Positions 47,552-57,732 of a DNA stretch of 64,000 bases are shown one piece after another. The DNA is taken from assembly GCA_019358915.1 (NCBI GenBank), contig JAHHIM010000006.1, positions 96,001 through 160,000 on the forward strand, in the 5' to 3' direction. The notes under the pieces are model-generated. The model saw only the letters and a program-made list of their open reading frames with translations, was not told the origin of the DNA and ran no database searches. Positions within the stretch are counted from its first letter, which is position 1; each line of letters starts with the position of its first letter. A program made the translations under genes and the position numbers. The stretch is from Trichormus sp. ATA11-4-KO1. GTDB lineage: Bacteria; Cyanobacteriota; Cyanobacteriia; Cyanobacteriales; Nostocaceae.

Positions 47552-49180
47552 TTACCAAGTTACGCGATCGCGCCATTTTTCTATCATTCTAGTGCTAATT
47601 CCTGGAACTTTTGTCAAATCTTGTAAAGATGTAAACTTTTGCTGCTGACGGACATTAATTATCCTTTGTGCCAATTGCTTACCAATACCTGGAAGAGTGA
47701 TTAATTCTTCTAAGGTCGCTGTATTGATATTTATAATTTTAATTTCTAGATTTTCACTTGATGTTGGTGTTTTTATTTGGGGACACTTTTTCTCTGCTGC
47801 GGTAATTTTTTGCTGAACTGTTGGGGGGACACCCAGTCTAGCATTAGTATAAAGACGGGCAAATTCACGTACATAATGAGCAGCAATTGTGGGATTTTCA
47901 ATTACTAAAAGTGTCTCATCGTTACCATGATTGGCTGATGCTGACCAATTGTGAGAACCTGTAATTACTGTTTTTTGATCAATGACGGCAAATTTGTGAT
48001 GTAATAAATCACCTTTAGCTAAAGTAGGTACACCGACAGTAGTAATGGGTTTCTTCCAAGGATGATTATCAACGTCATATTGACAATTATTACTCAGCGC
48101 CACTCCCATCATGTCCATGGCTTCGCTGTAAGGACGATAAGCAAATTGTGAGTCAATCAAGGCGCGGATGCTGACATTTTCTAAATGGCGATTTTCCAGA
48201 ATAGTAGAAAGACGCTGTTCTGAAAAGACAAACAACGCCATATCGATAGATTTAGTTGCTGTATTTAAAGTTTCACCAATTAAACCATTACCAGTTTTAC
48301 TCCAAGGTTGAATTGGGGAAATAGGCGAAAAATGCACAGTAATTGTGGTTTCACCTAATGTAATTGTTTTTGGCGATCGCAGTGGTTTTTTTAAGCCAAA
48401 TCTACTATCTGGTTTGCCACCTGGGCCATCACCCCACATAATATTAAACTCTTCTGTAAATAAAGCTGCTAATTCTGGGCTATCAATCTGTAAAAAATTA
48501 TTGGCATTACCTAAACTGCTAAGATTTGTATAATCACCGTGGACATCACTTAGAGTAAAATTAGCCGAAGTTGTTATCACAAAACGATTGTCTACAATCA
48601 CAAATTTGTGATGCATCAAACTGCTACCTACTGAACCATCAGCTTGATCATCTATCCAAGGAATTTGGGCATTTTGTAAAATTATCAAAGCATCTCGTTG
48701 ATTAATTTCCTCTGGGCTAACTTGATGATCTTGATTAAGGTCAACAAATTTCTGAAATTCTTGATAATGTGCTTTTTCCCTAAGTGCTAAATTTTGCACT
48801 TCATCGGGTGATAAGCTACTCCAAGGGCGACTATAGTTATTTTCTAAAATTACCCTGACTTTGATCCCAGCTTGCTGTTTATCTGCCAATGCTTGGACAA
48901 GGTTAGGTAACCGCAATTCTTGGATTGCCACATCTACAGTAGATTTAGCTTGAGAAATAGCATCGACAATATGCTGTTCTAAGTTATCTCCGGGGCGAGT
49001 TAGCCGACGGTAAGGTTCTTTGTATTCTGAGGACTGGGAATGGTTAAAATAAACTTGAACTAATGGATCTTGTGGTAAAGCGGCTAGGCGTTGATTGGAC
49101 GACTGGACTCGTTGACAAGCAGCGATCGCAAGTATTAGACAAAAAATCAAAAAATACTTTCGTTGAGGAAAAATCTGCAC
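47552..49180 (-). CDS. comA: Competence protein ComA/ComEA-type: two PLD-like nuclease domains plus helix-hairpin-helix
   Basis: Lipobox IAAC, two HKD motifs (HHKFVIVD, HHKFAVID), ININTATLEELITLPGIG HhH. Confidence 0.82.
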   Translation of the reverse strand: MQIFPQRKYFLIFCLILAIAACQRVQSSNQRLAALPQDPLVQVYFNHSQSSEYKEPYRRLTRPGDNLEQHIVDAISQAKSTVDVAIQELRLPNLVQALADKQQAGIKVRVILENNYSRPWSSLSPDEVQNLALREKAHYQEFQKFVDLNQDHQVSPEEINQRDALIILQNAQIPWIDDQADGSVGSSLMHHKFVIVDNRFVITTSANFTLSDVHGDYTNLSSLGNANNFLQIDSPELAALFTEEFNIMWGDGPGGKPDSRFGLKKPLRSPKTITLGETTITVHFSPISPIQPWSKTGNGLIGETLNTATKSIDMALFVFSEQRLSTILENRHLENVSIRALIDSQFAYRPYSEAMDMMGVALSNNCQYDVDNHPWKKPITTVGVPTLAKGDLLHHKFAVIDQKTVITGSHNWSASANHGNDETLLVIENPTIAAHYVREFARLYTNARLGVPPTVQQKITAAEKKCPQIKTPTSSENLEIKIININTATLEELITLPGIGKQLAQRIINVRQQQKFTSLQDLTKVPGISTRMIEKWRDRVTW

Positions 49181-49410
49181 AGTAATCTGCTAAAAGTGGA
49201 TTGGGCATAAACACATTTATATTTCCCAAAATGGAGTATGCCAAATTAAGTAGATAAGTAGCGACCAAAATCCACCCATTGAGGCAGAATTATTCAGAGT
49301 TTTTCCAGATTTACCAACTAACCTAATATGTGCTGAAAATATAGGTAAGCCGTAGTCACATAGGTGAGAACAGTGTTAATTGCTTAAAGCAATGAAGTAA
49401 CTGGGCTGAT

Positions 49411-49458
49411 ACTCAGCACTCCCCTTCGACTTCGCTCAGGGCAAGCGCACTCAGCACT
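49411..49458. repeat. ACTCAGC units with the 24-nt element at 49422-49445
   Basis: ACTC-CCCTTCGACTTCGCTCAGGGCAAG-CGCACTCAGC. Confidence 0.9.
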
Positions 49459-49472
49459 TTATTATTGGTGAT

Positions 49473-50624
49473 ATGCAAATATATCTAGATTACAGTGCCA
49501 CCACTCCTACTCGTTCAGAAGTGATCGCCGCGATGCAAGCAGTCCTCAATCAACAGTGGGGCAATCCTTCCAGTTTGCATGAGTGGGGACAACGGGCTGC
49601 AACAATTGTGGAACAAGCTAGAATCCAAGTCGCGGGATTAATTAATGCTACTGATCCAGAATCAATTATTTTTACTGCGGGTGGCACTGAAGCAGATAAT
49701 CTGGCGATTATGGGTATTGCCCGATTGTATGCTGTGCCTCAACATATGATTATTTCCCAGGTTGAACATTCTGCTATTGCTGAACCATTAAGGTTATTAG
49801 AGATGTGGGGTTGGCAAGTGACACGCCTAGCTGTAGATGGTAAAGGCAGAGTCAATCCCCAGGATTTAAAAGCCGCATTGCGAGATAACACCGTTTTGGT
49901 TTCTGTAATTTACGGACAGAGTGAAATTGGCACAGTGCAACCAATTACCGAACTAGGAAACATAGCCCAACAGCATGGGGTTTTGTTTCATACCGATGCC
50001 GTACAAGCCGGAGGACGCTTACCCATCGATGTACAACAACTCCCCGTAGACTTACTTAGCCTTTCCAGCCATAAAATATATGGGCCACAAGGTGCTGGGG
50101 CGCTGTATGTGCGTCCTGGCGTGGAATTAGTGCCTTTATTAAGTGGTGGAGGGCAAGAAATGGGATTGCGTTCTGGGACTCAAGCCGTACCTGCGATCGC
50201 GGGGTTTGGTGTCGCCGCACAACTAGCAGCCCAAGAACTACCCAATGAAACACCCCGCTTAATTCAGTTACGCGATCGCTTGTTTGCTGAGTTAGCAGAT
50301 ATTCCGGGTTTAATCCCCACAGGCGATCGTCAACATCGCTTACCCCATCATGTCAGTTTCTCTCTAGAACATGCCGATGGTAAACAACTCAGTGGTAAAG
50401 CCTTAGTGCGGCAAATGAATCTGGCTGGTATTGGCATCAGTGCTGGCTCTGCTTGTCATAGTGGTAAACTTAGCCCCAGTCCCATACTTTTAGCAATGGG
50501 CTATACAGAAGCAGCCGCCTTAGGGGGAGTTCGCATGACATTGGGACGTGATACTACCACAGCTGATGTAGATTGGACGGCAATGGTGTTTAAGCAAGTT
50601 TTGCAGAGGTTGACTAAACCTTAG
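49473..50624 (+). CDS. iscS: Cysteine desulfurase (IscS/NifS family)
   Basis: YLDYSATTP, GNPSSLH, HTDAVQ, SSHKIYGP, SAGSAC. Confidence 0.88.
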   Translation: MQIYLDYSATTPTRSEVIAAMQAVLNQQWGNPSSLHEWGQRAATIVEQARIQVAGLINATDPESIIFTAGGTEADNLAIMGIARLYAVPQHMIISQVEHSAIAEPLRLLEMWGWQVTRLAVDGKGRVNPQDLKAALRDNTVLVSVIYGQSEIGTVQPITELGNIAQQHGVLFHTDAVQAGGRLPIDVQQLPVDLLSLSSHKIYGPQGAGALYVRPGVELVPLLSGGGQEMGLRSGTQAVPAIAGFGVAAQLAAQELPNETPRLIQLRDRLFAELADIPGLIPTGDRQHRLPHHVSFSLEHADGKQLSGKALVRQMNLAGIGISAGSACHSGKLSPSPILLAMGYTEAAALGGVRMTLGRDTTTADVDWTAMVFKQVLQRLTKP

Positions 50625-50665
50625 TGCTGAGTGCCTTTCTGAGTGCTGAGTGCTGAGTGCTGAGT
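50625..50665. repeat. GCTGAGT heptamer array
   Basis: Immediately after the iscS stop codon. Confidence 0.9.
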
Positions 50666-50840
50666 AAGAAGAAGAATATTCAGTATTTTTGCACTCGGTA
50701 AATGCCTCACCCACAAGGGGATGGTTTTACGGCATCCTTGGGCTGCTATTAATCTTCGCCAGGAATTTTAAAAAGGCAAATCTCAGTAGGGATTCTGAGA
50801 TATCCTTAGATAAGTGAGAGAATTGCCAAATAAATTAAGA

Positions 50841-52007
50841 ATGAAGCTGGCAGCACGAGTAAGTAAGGTGACGCCTTCTTTAACCTTAGCGATCGCAGCT
50901 AAAGCTAAGGCGATGAAGGCAGATGGTATAGACGTTTGTAGTTTTAGCGCTGGAGAACCAGATTTTGATACTCCAGCTCACATCAAAGCCGCAGCAGCGA
51001 AAGCTTTGGATGAAGGCAAAACCAAATATGGCCCGGCGGCTGGAGAACCAAAGTTAAGGGAAGCGATCGCCCACAAGCTGAAAACTGATAATGGTCTTGA
51101 TTACAAGTCGGAGAATGTGATTGTCACTAATGGCGGTAAGCATTCTCTGTACAACTTGATGGTAGCGCTGATTGATTCGGGTGATGAGGTCATTATTCCT
51201 GCTCCCTATTGGCTAAGTTACCCCGAAATGGTGACTTTGGTAGGGGGCGTACCAGTGATTTTAAACACAGATGCATCAACAGCTTATAAAGTAACCCCCG
51301 AACAACTACGTCAAGCAATTACACCCAAAACAAAGTTATTTGTGCTCAACTCCCCATCTAATCCCACTGGGATGGTTTACACACCAGAGGAAATTAAAGC
51401 ACTAGCGGAAGTAGTAGTTGATGCAGATATCTTTGTCGTCTCTGATGAGATTTACGAAAAGATTCTCTATGATGGTGCTACACACATTAGCATTGGTTCT
51501 CTAAATCAAGAGATTTTTGCCCGCACTTTAATTAGTAACGGGTTTGCCAAAGCTTACTCCATGACTGGTTGGCGACTTGGTTATTTAGCAGGGCCAGTGG
51601 AGATGATTAAAGCGGCAAGTACTATTCAAGGGCATAGTACATCGAATGTCTGTACCTTTGCCCAATATGGAGCGATCGCCGCTTTGGAGGGTTCCCAGGA
51701 TTGTGTAGAATCAATGCGCCAGGCTTTCGCTCAACGGCGACAAGTAATGTTAGATCGGCTTAATGCCATTCCCGGCTTAAGTTGTGCTAAACCAGACGGT
51801 GCTTTTTATCTGTTTCCTGATATCAGTAAAACAGGTTTGAAATCCCTGGAATTTTGTAACGCCCTTTTAGAAGATTATCAAGTTGCAGTAATTCCGGGAA
51901 TTGCCTTTGGCGCTGATCACAATATTCGCCTTTCCTATGCTACCGATATGGCAACCATTGAAAAGGGCATGGATCGATTGGAGAAGTTTGTGCGATCGCG
52001 GATTTAG
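50841..52007 (+). CDS. aspC: Aspartate aminotransferase (class I PLP)
   Basis: [37 protein letters not shown]. Confidence 0.88.
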   Translation: MKLAARVSKVTPSLTLAIAAKAKAMKADGIDVCSFSAGEPDFDTPAHIKAAAAKALDEGKTKYGPAAGEPKLREAIAHKLKTDNGLDYKSENVIVTNGGKHSLYNLMVALIDSGDEVIIPAPYWLSYPEMVTLVGGVPVILNTDASTAYKVTPEQLRQAITPKTKLFVLNSPSNPTGMVYTPEEIKALAEVVVDADIFVVSDEIYEKILYDGATHISIGSLNQEIFARTLISNGFAKAYSMTGWRLGYLAGPVEMIKAASTIQGHSTSNVCTFAQYGAIAALEGSQDCVESMRQAFAQRRQVMLDRLNAIPGLSCAKPDGAFYLFPDISKTGLKSLEFCNALLEDYQVAVIPGIAFGADHNIRLSYATDMATIEKGMDRLEKFVRSRI

Positions 52008-52653
52008 TTAATCATCAAGTTAGGGTCTGCATTTCAGTCATACCCTAATTTTTTAATATCTGTAAAAATTATGACAATTCCCTAATAATACAGGTTAAAT
52101 AAAAATAAACATCACCTGATCACGACTGTAGTAGTATCAGTATTTCTGTGGTTGCAGTTGTGAAGATTTATGTGGTATTGTGAAGTTTATCAATCAATCT
52201 TTTAATTTTACGGTGATTACTGCAATGCCAGTAGTTATTCCCACATAGTGCAATGTTCAGGCTCAAAAAAACTTCACTCAATCTTGGTCAATGCAGTATT
52301 CCACCTTAGCATCAGTTGATTGGGATTAGCTTTTCAATTATATTAATGTTAGTAGCATCAGGTTTTAGATGTAGTTAAAAGTAAATAGATGACATGCAAG
52401 ATGGTGGTTTATTTACTTATTTAACTGATGAATAGTGGCAGGAAATAGTCGTTACAAAAGCCCGAAAAACTAGTTAAGTAATGCACATTTAACAACGGCA
52501 ATTGAGCGAAATTTTGATGGTTAGGTTCATCAGAATTCATGAGCGCCAAAAGCTTAAGCCAACTTTGCAACTTGCAGAAAGCAAAAGCAAAATAAAAAGG
52601 GTTTTTCTGTGTAGTTTCTTGTCTCCTGAATTAAACCTGAAGCGGAGGGTAAT

Positions 52654-54129
52654 TTGAACACAAAAGTTTTGCAAAGAGAATGGTTCTCTAATGCCAAAGC
52701 AGACATATTGGCAGGGACTTTAGTTGCATTAGCACTAATTCCAGAAGCGATCGCCTTTTCGCTGATTGCAGGTGTTGACCCGAAAGTGGGTTTGTATGCC
52801 TCGTTTTTGATAGCTGTAATTACATCCTTTCTAGGTGGTAGACCGGGCTTAATCTCCGCAGCTACAGCACCAATGGCGCTGCTGATGATTAACTTAGTTA
52901 AGGATCACGGACTGCAATATCTGTTTGCGGCAACAATTCTCACTGGGATTTTACAAATTATTTGTGGCTGGCTAAAGTTAGGTCGCCAGATGAAATACGT
53001 GCCTAGGTCTGTAATGATTGGCTTTGTTAACGCCTTGGGAATTTCCATTTTCAGGGCGCAGTTACCACAGGTGATGGGCGAAAGTATTCCTTGGCAAGTC
53101 TATCCAATGGTGGTGGGAACTTTGGCGATTATCTATATATTGCCCAGATTTACCAAAGCCGTGCCATCCCCCTTAGTCGCAATCATTATCGTCACAGCAA
53201 TTTCCATTTTCGGCGGCATAACGGTTCCTACCGTCGGTGACATGGGTGAAATTCCCTCAACCTTACCTGTTTTTCAGTTACCTCAAGTCCCTTTCAATAT
53301 AGAAACATTGGGAATTATTTTTCCCTATGTACTCAGCATGACTTTTGTGAGTTTAGTGAATACTTGGTTGGTGGTATCACTAGTTGACGAATTTACTGAT
53401 ACTCCTAGCAATAAAAACAGAGAAGCCGTAGGTCAAGGTATTGCTAACATCGCCACCGGGTTTCTCGGTGGTATGGCAGGTTGTGCTATGGCTGGTCAGT
53501 CAGTGATTAATATCAAGTCTGGTGGACGGACTCGACTTTCGACTTTGTGTGCAGGAATTGTCTTAATTGTTCTCATTTTGGTAGTAGGCGATTGGGTAAA
53601 GCAAATCCCCATGGCAGCCCTAGTAGGGGTGATGATTATGGTGTCCATTGGTACTTTTAACTGGAATTCCCTACGGACTATAAATTTAGTCCCAAGAACG
53701 GAAACAGCCGTCATGGTAACCACAGTTTTTGTCACCTTACTCACCCGCAACTTAGGACTAGGTGTGCTGATTGGTATCGTTCTCAGCACAGTTTTCTTTT
53801 CGCGTGACATTGCCAGAGTTGTCTTTGTAGACTCAGTGATTAGTCCAGATCAAACTTACCGGACATATAGCGTTGCTGGCCAATTATTCTTTTTATCGGT
53901 AGACGAATTTCTCGCAGCATTCAATTTTCAGGAAAACTTGCAGCGCGTCAAAATTGACTTAACCCATGCTCACATTTGGGATCAATCGGCGGTGACAGCT
54001 GTTGATAAGGTAGTGATTAAGTTTCGCCGTAATGGTGCAGAGGTAGATGTGGTAGGTATGAACGAAGCCAGCGCTACATTAATCAATAGATTGGCGGTTT
54101 ACGACAAGTCAGCAACCGCCGACAACTAA
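52654..54129 (+). CDS. SulP-family anion transporter with STAS domain
   Basis: [41 protein letters not shown] start with GGAGG RBS. Confidence 0.92.
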   Translation: MNTKVLQREWFSNAKADILAGTLVALALIPEAIAFSLIAGVDPKVGLYASFLIAVITSFLGGRPGLISAATAPMALLMINLVKDHGLQYLFAATILTGILQIICGWLKLGRQMKYVPRSVMIGFVNALGISIFRAQLPQVMGESIPWQVYPMVVGTLAIIYILPRFTKAVPSPLVAIIIVTAISIFGGITVPTVGDMGEIPSTLPVFQLPQVPFNIETLGIIFPYVLSMTFVSLVNTWLVVSLVDEFTDTPSNKNREAVGQGIANIATGFLGGMAGCAMAGQSVINIKSGGRTRLSTLCAGIVLIVLILVVGDWVKQIPMAALVGVMIMVSIGTFNWNSLRTINLVPRTETAVMVTTVFVTLLTRNLGLGVLIGIVLSTVFFSRDIARVVFVDSVISPDQTYRTYSVAGQLFFLSVDEFLAAFNFQENLQRVKIDLTHAHIWDQSAVTAVDKVVIKFRRNGAEVDVVGMNEASATLINRLAVYDKSATADN

Positions 54130-54148
54130 ATTATCCCAGTAATCACCA

Positions 54149-55009
54149 ATGAAAAGAATTCTTCTGTGTACGGATGGTTCTACCTTCTCCCAGAATAGCT
54201 ATCAGTACGCCGCTTGGTTAGCTCCACAGTTACAAGCCTCTATTGAGGTACTTTACGTCAGTGATGTGCGTTCCCAAAAGGTTGTTTCTAAAGACTACAG
54301 TTCCAGCTTGGGTTTTGATGCTTCGCGTGAACTCTTAAATCGCTTGGTAGAGTTAGAACACGAAAAAGCCAAAATTAACAAGCAAAGAGCTAAATTAATC
54401 CTAGAAACCGCCGGACAGTTTTTTGCCCAACAAGGAATTAGTGAAGTCAAACTCACCAATCATACTGGCTTTTTGGTGGATAGTTTCCAAGAATTTGAAG
54501 ACCGTGCTGATTTAATCATGATGGGTAAACGGGGTGAAAATGCTGAATTTGCCTCAGGACACCTGGGTGCAAATGTGGAACGGGTACTGCGTTCTACGAA
54601 AAAGCCTTGCTTTGTCACATCACGTAAATATCAGCCGATTAGCCGAATTTTGTTAGCTGATGATGGCAGTCAGAGTTGCCAAAGGGCAATAGAGTTTTTA
54701 GTGAACTCACCTGCTTTTAAAGGGATGGAGTTACATGTATTGACTGTGGTGAAAAAAGCGGGGGATGAAAAAGCACACGCCTTCTTAAAAGCTACCCAAC
54801 AACAATTAGTTACAGGTGGTTACACGCCAAAGTGCGAATTGTTACAAGGAGAATCAGAACAGGTAATCACCAAGTACATGGAAACTCAAAACATCAATCT
54901 ACTGATGATGGGTGCTTATGGACATAGCCGGATTCGACGTTTAGTCATTGGCAGCACAACATTACAAATACTTCGCAGTACACACGTTCCTGTTTTAGTA
55001 TTCAGGTAA
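54149..55009 (+). CDS. Universal stress protein (tandem USP domains)
   Basis: ILLCTDGS, MGKRG...LGANVERVLR, MGAYGHSRIRRLVIGSTT. Confidence 0.93.
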   Translation: MKRILLCTDGSTFSQNSYQYAAWLAPQLQASIEVLYVSDVRSQKVVSKDYSSSLGFDASRELLNRLVELEHEKAKINKQRAKLILETAGQFFAQQGISEVKLTNHTGFLVDSFQEFEDRADLIMMGKRGENAEFASGHLGANVERVLRSTKKPCFVTSRKYQPISRILLADDGSQSCQRAIEFLVNSPAFKGMELHVLTVVKKAGDEKAHAFLKATQQQLVTGGYTPKCELLQGESEQVITKYMETQNINLLMMGAYGHSRIRRLVIGSTTLQILRSTHVPVLVFR

Positions 55010-55444
55010 CACATACCCAGGCGATCGCTGGTCATTAGTACTAATGACTAATGACTGACAATTCTCCGTGCTTCATGAATATTCGTAGATCTGTGCGGCT
55101 TGCTTGTACTTTTATTGCAAATTGTTACGACAACATGATATGCTGGCGTCACGTAATCAACGCTCTCGTAATTGTTAGTAAGCAGGTTTGGGTAATGTTA
55201 CAAGTAACGATCTCTTCGGTCGCCTTAACCTTAAATAGTTGGAATTGTCCACCCTGAAGTGGCACTTGAGCCTTGCAGTAAACACAAGTATTTAAAGCTA
55301 ATCATGCAGGAAACGAAGCAAACTCTAGTTCTGTTTTGGCGATTATTATATATGCAACAAATGGTATGACTTTTGAGGTTTATCTGAGTCATTGTTTGCC
55401 AAGAGATAGTGCACAAAAAAAGCGGACGATGAACCAGATATATC

Positions 55445-55560
55445 CAGGACTTACGCAAAATCATGAAAAAACGTTCGTGAAGCGTGCGCGCAGCGCATAC
55501 CACGAAGGACACAAAGAGCAGAAGAAAAGAGGGTTTCAGAGAGTTCTTGCGTAAGTCCTA
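55445..55560. mobile_element. 116-bp MITE-like element with a 5-bp target-site duplication
   Basis: 13-bp TIR AGGACTTACGCAA/TTGCGTAAGTCCT; ATATC at 55440-55444 and 55561-55565. Confidence 0.78.
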
Positions 55561-55959
55561 ATATCTTCAGCGACATCGAGGCTTAACGTTAGGCTCGATG
55601 AACGTAAAAAATGGTTGCAAACAAATAGCAAATTTGAGACGCTCTGTAGCCTCCTAGATGGTGAATCAGGAAAAGTGCTGGCTGGCTTCTTTTCTCCGTC
55701 AAAGACTCTATGCAGTAAGCGCAACTATGCCCGCAGGGCTTGATGAGACGCTGCGCGAACGCCAGCCGCAGGCATCGCTAACTGTAAATTACCCAACAAG
55801 ATATCAGCCTTTTGCTAAAGGGAGATGACGGACATAGCCGCATTCGCCCTTGAGTGATTGATAGTAGCCCAAACATCTTGAGATTAGCCATATTTCTGCT
55901 ATTGCCTTCATTCAACGCCATGAAAAAAGCTTGATTTCTTACATAGAGGAAAACCTTTC

Positions 55960-57666
55960 ATGCAAATAACCAATCAAATCCATTTCCGTAACGTCCAAGG
56001 AGATATCCTTGGGGGTTTAACTGCTGCGGTCGTTGCCTTACCTATGGCACTTGCATTTGGTATTGCTTCCGGTGCGGGTGCTTCTGCCGGTTTATGGGGA
56101 GCAATATTAGTCGGATTTTTTGCCGCGTTGTTTGGTGGTACACCTAGCCTGATTTCTGAACCAACAGGCCCAATGACAGTAATTGTCACCGCAGTCATCG
56201 CCGGACTAACAGCCAATAATCCTGAAAATGGTTTGGCAATGGCATTTACCGTCATTATGATGGCAGGAGTATTTCAAATCATCTTTGGGGTATTGCGATT
56301 GGGGCGGTATATTACAATGCTGCCCTATAACGTCATTTCTGGATTCATGACAGGAATTGGTGTAATTCTGATTTTTATGCAAATAGCACCCTTTTTAGGG
56401 CAAGAAACTCCTAAAGGTGGTGTGATTGATGTCATCCAGAATCTACCAACTCTAGTTACCAATATCAACCCTTGGGAAACTATTTTAGGGGTAATAACTT
56501 TAGCAATTCTGTTCTTTTACCCTGCTCAATTCAAGAAAGTTTTGCCGCCGCAACTCATTGCTTTAGTTATTGGTACGGCAATTTCTTTAGTTTTCTTTAG
56601 TGGTGTGGAAATTCGCACTATAGCCACTATTGGAGAAATTACTCCCGGTTTGCCTCAACTGCAAATGCCCACTTTTACCCCAGAAAACTTGCAGTTAATG
56701 TTTGTAAATTCCGTGGTTTTGGGCATAGTGGGTTCGATTGATTGTTTGTTAACTTGTCTGGTGTCAGATAGTCTCACTCGTACAGAACACAAATCCAACA
56801 AAGAATTAATTGGTCAAGGTATTGCTAATTTGATTACTGGCTTATGTGGGGGAATTGCTGGTTCTGGGGCGACCACTGCGACTGTAGTTAATATCCAAGC
56901 GGGTGGACGCACGGCATTATCTGGTATTAGTCGGGCTTTGGTGCTGTTAATCGTGGTTTTGTGGGCAGCCCCCTTAACTTCTGGCATTCCTCTGGCTGTG
57001 TTAGCTGCGATTGTTTTAAAAGTAGGTATCAATATTATTGATTGGGGTTTCCTCAAACGGGTTCACAAAATTTCTTGGAAAGCGGCAGGAATTGTCTATA
57101 GTGTGGTTGCACTGACGGTGTTTGTCGATTTAATGATTGCTGTAGCCGTCGGGGTGTTTATTGCTAATATCTTGACTATCGATCGCCTTGACCAACTGCA
57201 ATCTAATTCTGTGAAAGCAATTACTGACGCTGATGATCAAATTGTCTTAACTGCCGAAGAAAAGCAATTTTTAGATTTAGCCAATGGGCGAGTTTTACTA
57301 TTCCATCTCAGTGGGCCGATGATTTTCGGTGTTGCTAAAGCTATTGAGAGAGAACATCGGGCTATTGCTAACTATGATGTTTTGATTGTCGATTTAGGTG
57401 AAGTTCCTGTCCTGGGTGTAACTTCTTCTTTGGCAATTGAAAATGCCATCCAAGAGGCTATTGATGCCGGACGGGAAGTGATAGTTGTGGGAGCAACAGG
57501 AAAGGTAAAAAATCGCTTAGAAAAGTTGGGTATTGCTGGTTTAATTCCTGGAAACCATTGGATGGGCGATCGCCTGACTGCACTGCAACAAGGTTTAGCT
57601 TTAGTTCGTGAAAAGCAAGGCTATAGCTATGATGAAATTGACAAACCTTTTTCTTCTCTTTCTTAA
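55960..57666 (+). CDS. bicA: Na+-dependent bicarbonate transporter BicA (SulP family)
   Basis: MQITNQIHFRN N-terminus, ALPMALAFG, ISEPTGPMT, GSIDCLLT, STAS LSGPMIFG. Confidence 0.85.
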   Translation: MQITNQIHFRNVQGDILGGLTAAVVALPMALAFGIASGAGASAGLWGAILVGFFAALFGGTPSLISEPTGPMTVIVTAVIAGLTANNPENGLAMAFTVIMMAGVFQIIFGVLRLGRYITMLPYNVISGFMTGIGVILIFMQIAPFLGQETPKGGVIDVIQNLPTLVTNINPWETILGVITLAILFFYPAQFKKVLPPQLIALVIGTAISLVFFSGVEIRTIATIGEITPGLPQLQMPTFTPENLQLMFVNSVVLGIVGSIDCLLTCLVSDSLTRTEHKSNKELIGQGIANLITGLCGGIAGSGATTATVVNIQAGGRTALSGISRALVLLIVVLWAAPLTSGIPLAVLAAIVLKVGINIIDWGFLKRVHKISWKAAGIVYSVVALTVFVDLMIAVAVGVFIANILTIDRLDQLQSNSVKAITDADDQIVLTAEEKQFLDLANGRVLLFHLSGPMIFGVAKAIEREHRAIANYDVLIVDLGEVPVLGVTSSLAIENAIQEAIDAGREVIVVGATGKVKNRLEKLGIAGLIPGNHWMGDRLTALQQGLALVREKQGYSYDEIDKPFSSLS

Positions 57667-57732
57667 GAGAACTGTATTCATGCAGGAAGTGTTGCAATCA
57701 AGTATACATTGACAACATCCTCAGCTCAGCAC

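Noticed and set aside
47552..49180. PLD-nuclease gene as an anti-phage defence system
   Set aside because: The lipoprotein, 2xHKD, HhH architecture matches the cyanobacterial competence protein in a housekeeping context.
52008..52653. Riboswitch in the long SulP leader (hairpin near 52510-52537)
   Set aside because: A single hairpin with no match by eye to a riboswitch consensus I can name; an Infernal/Rfam scan would be needed.
55051..55724. Several short ORFs between USP and bicA
   Set aside because: They overlap each other and the MITE, with no motifs; treated as non-coding.
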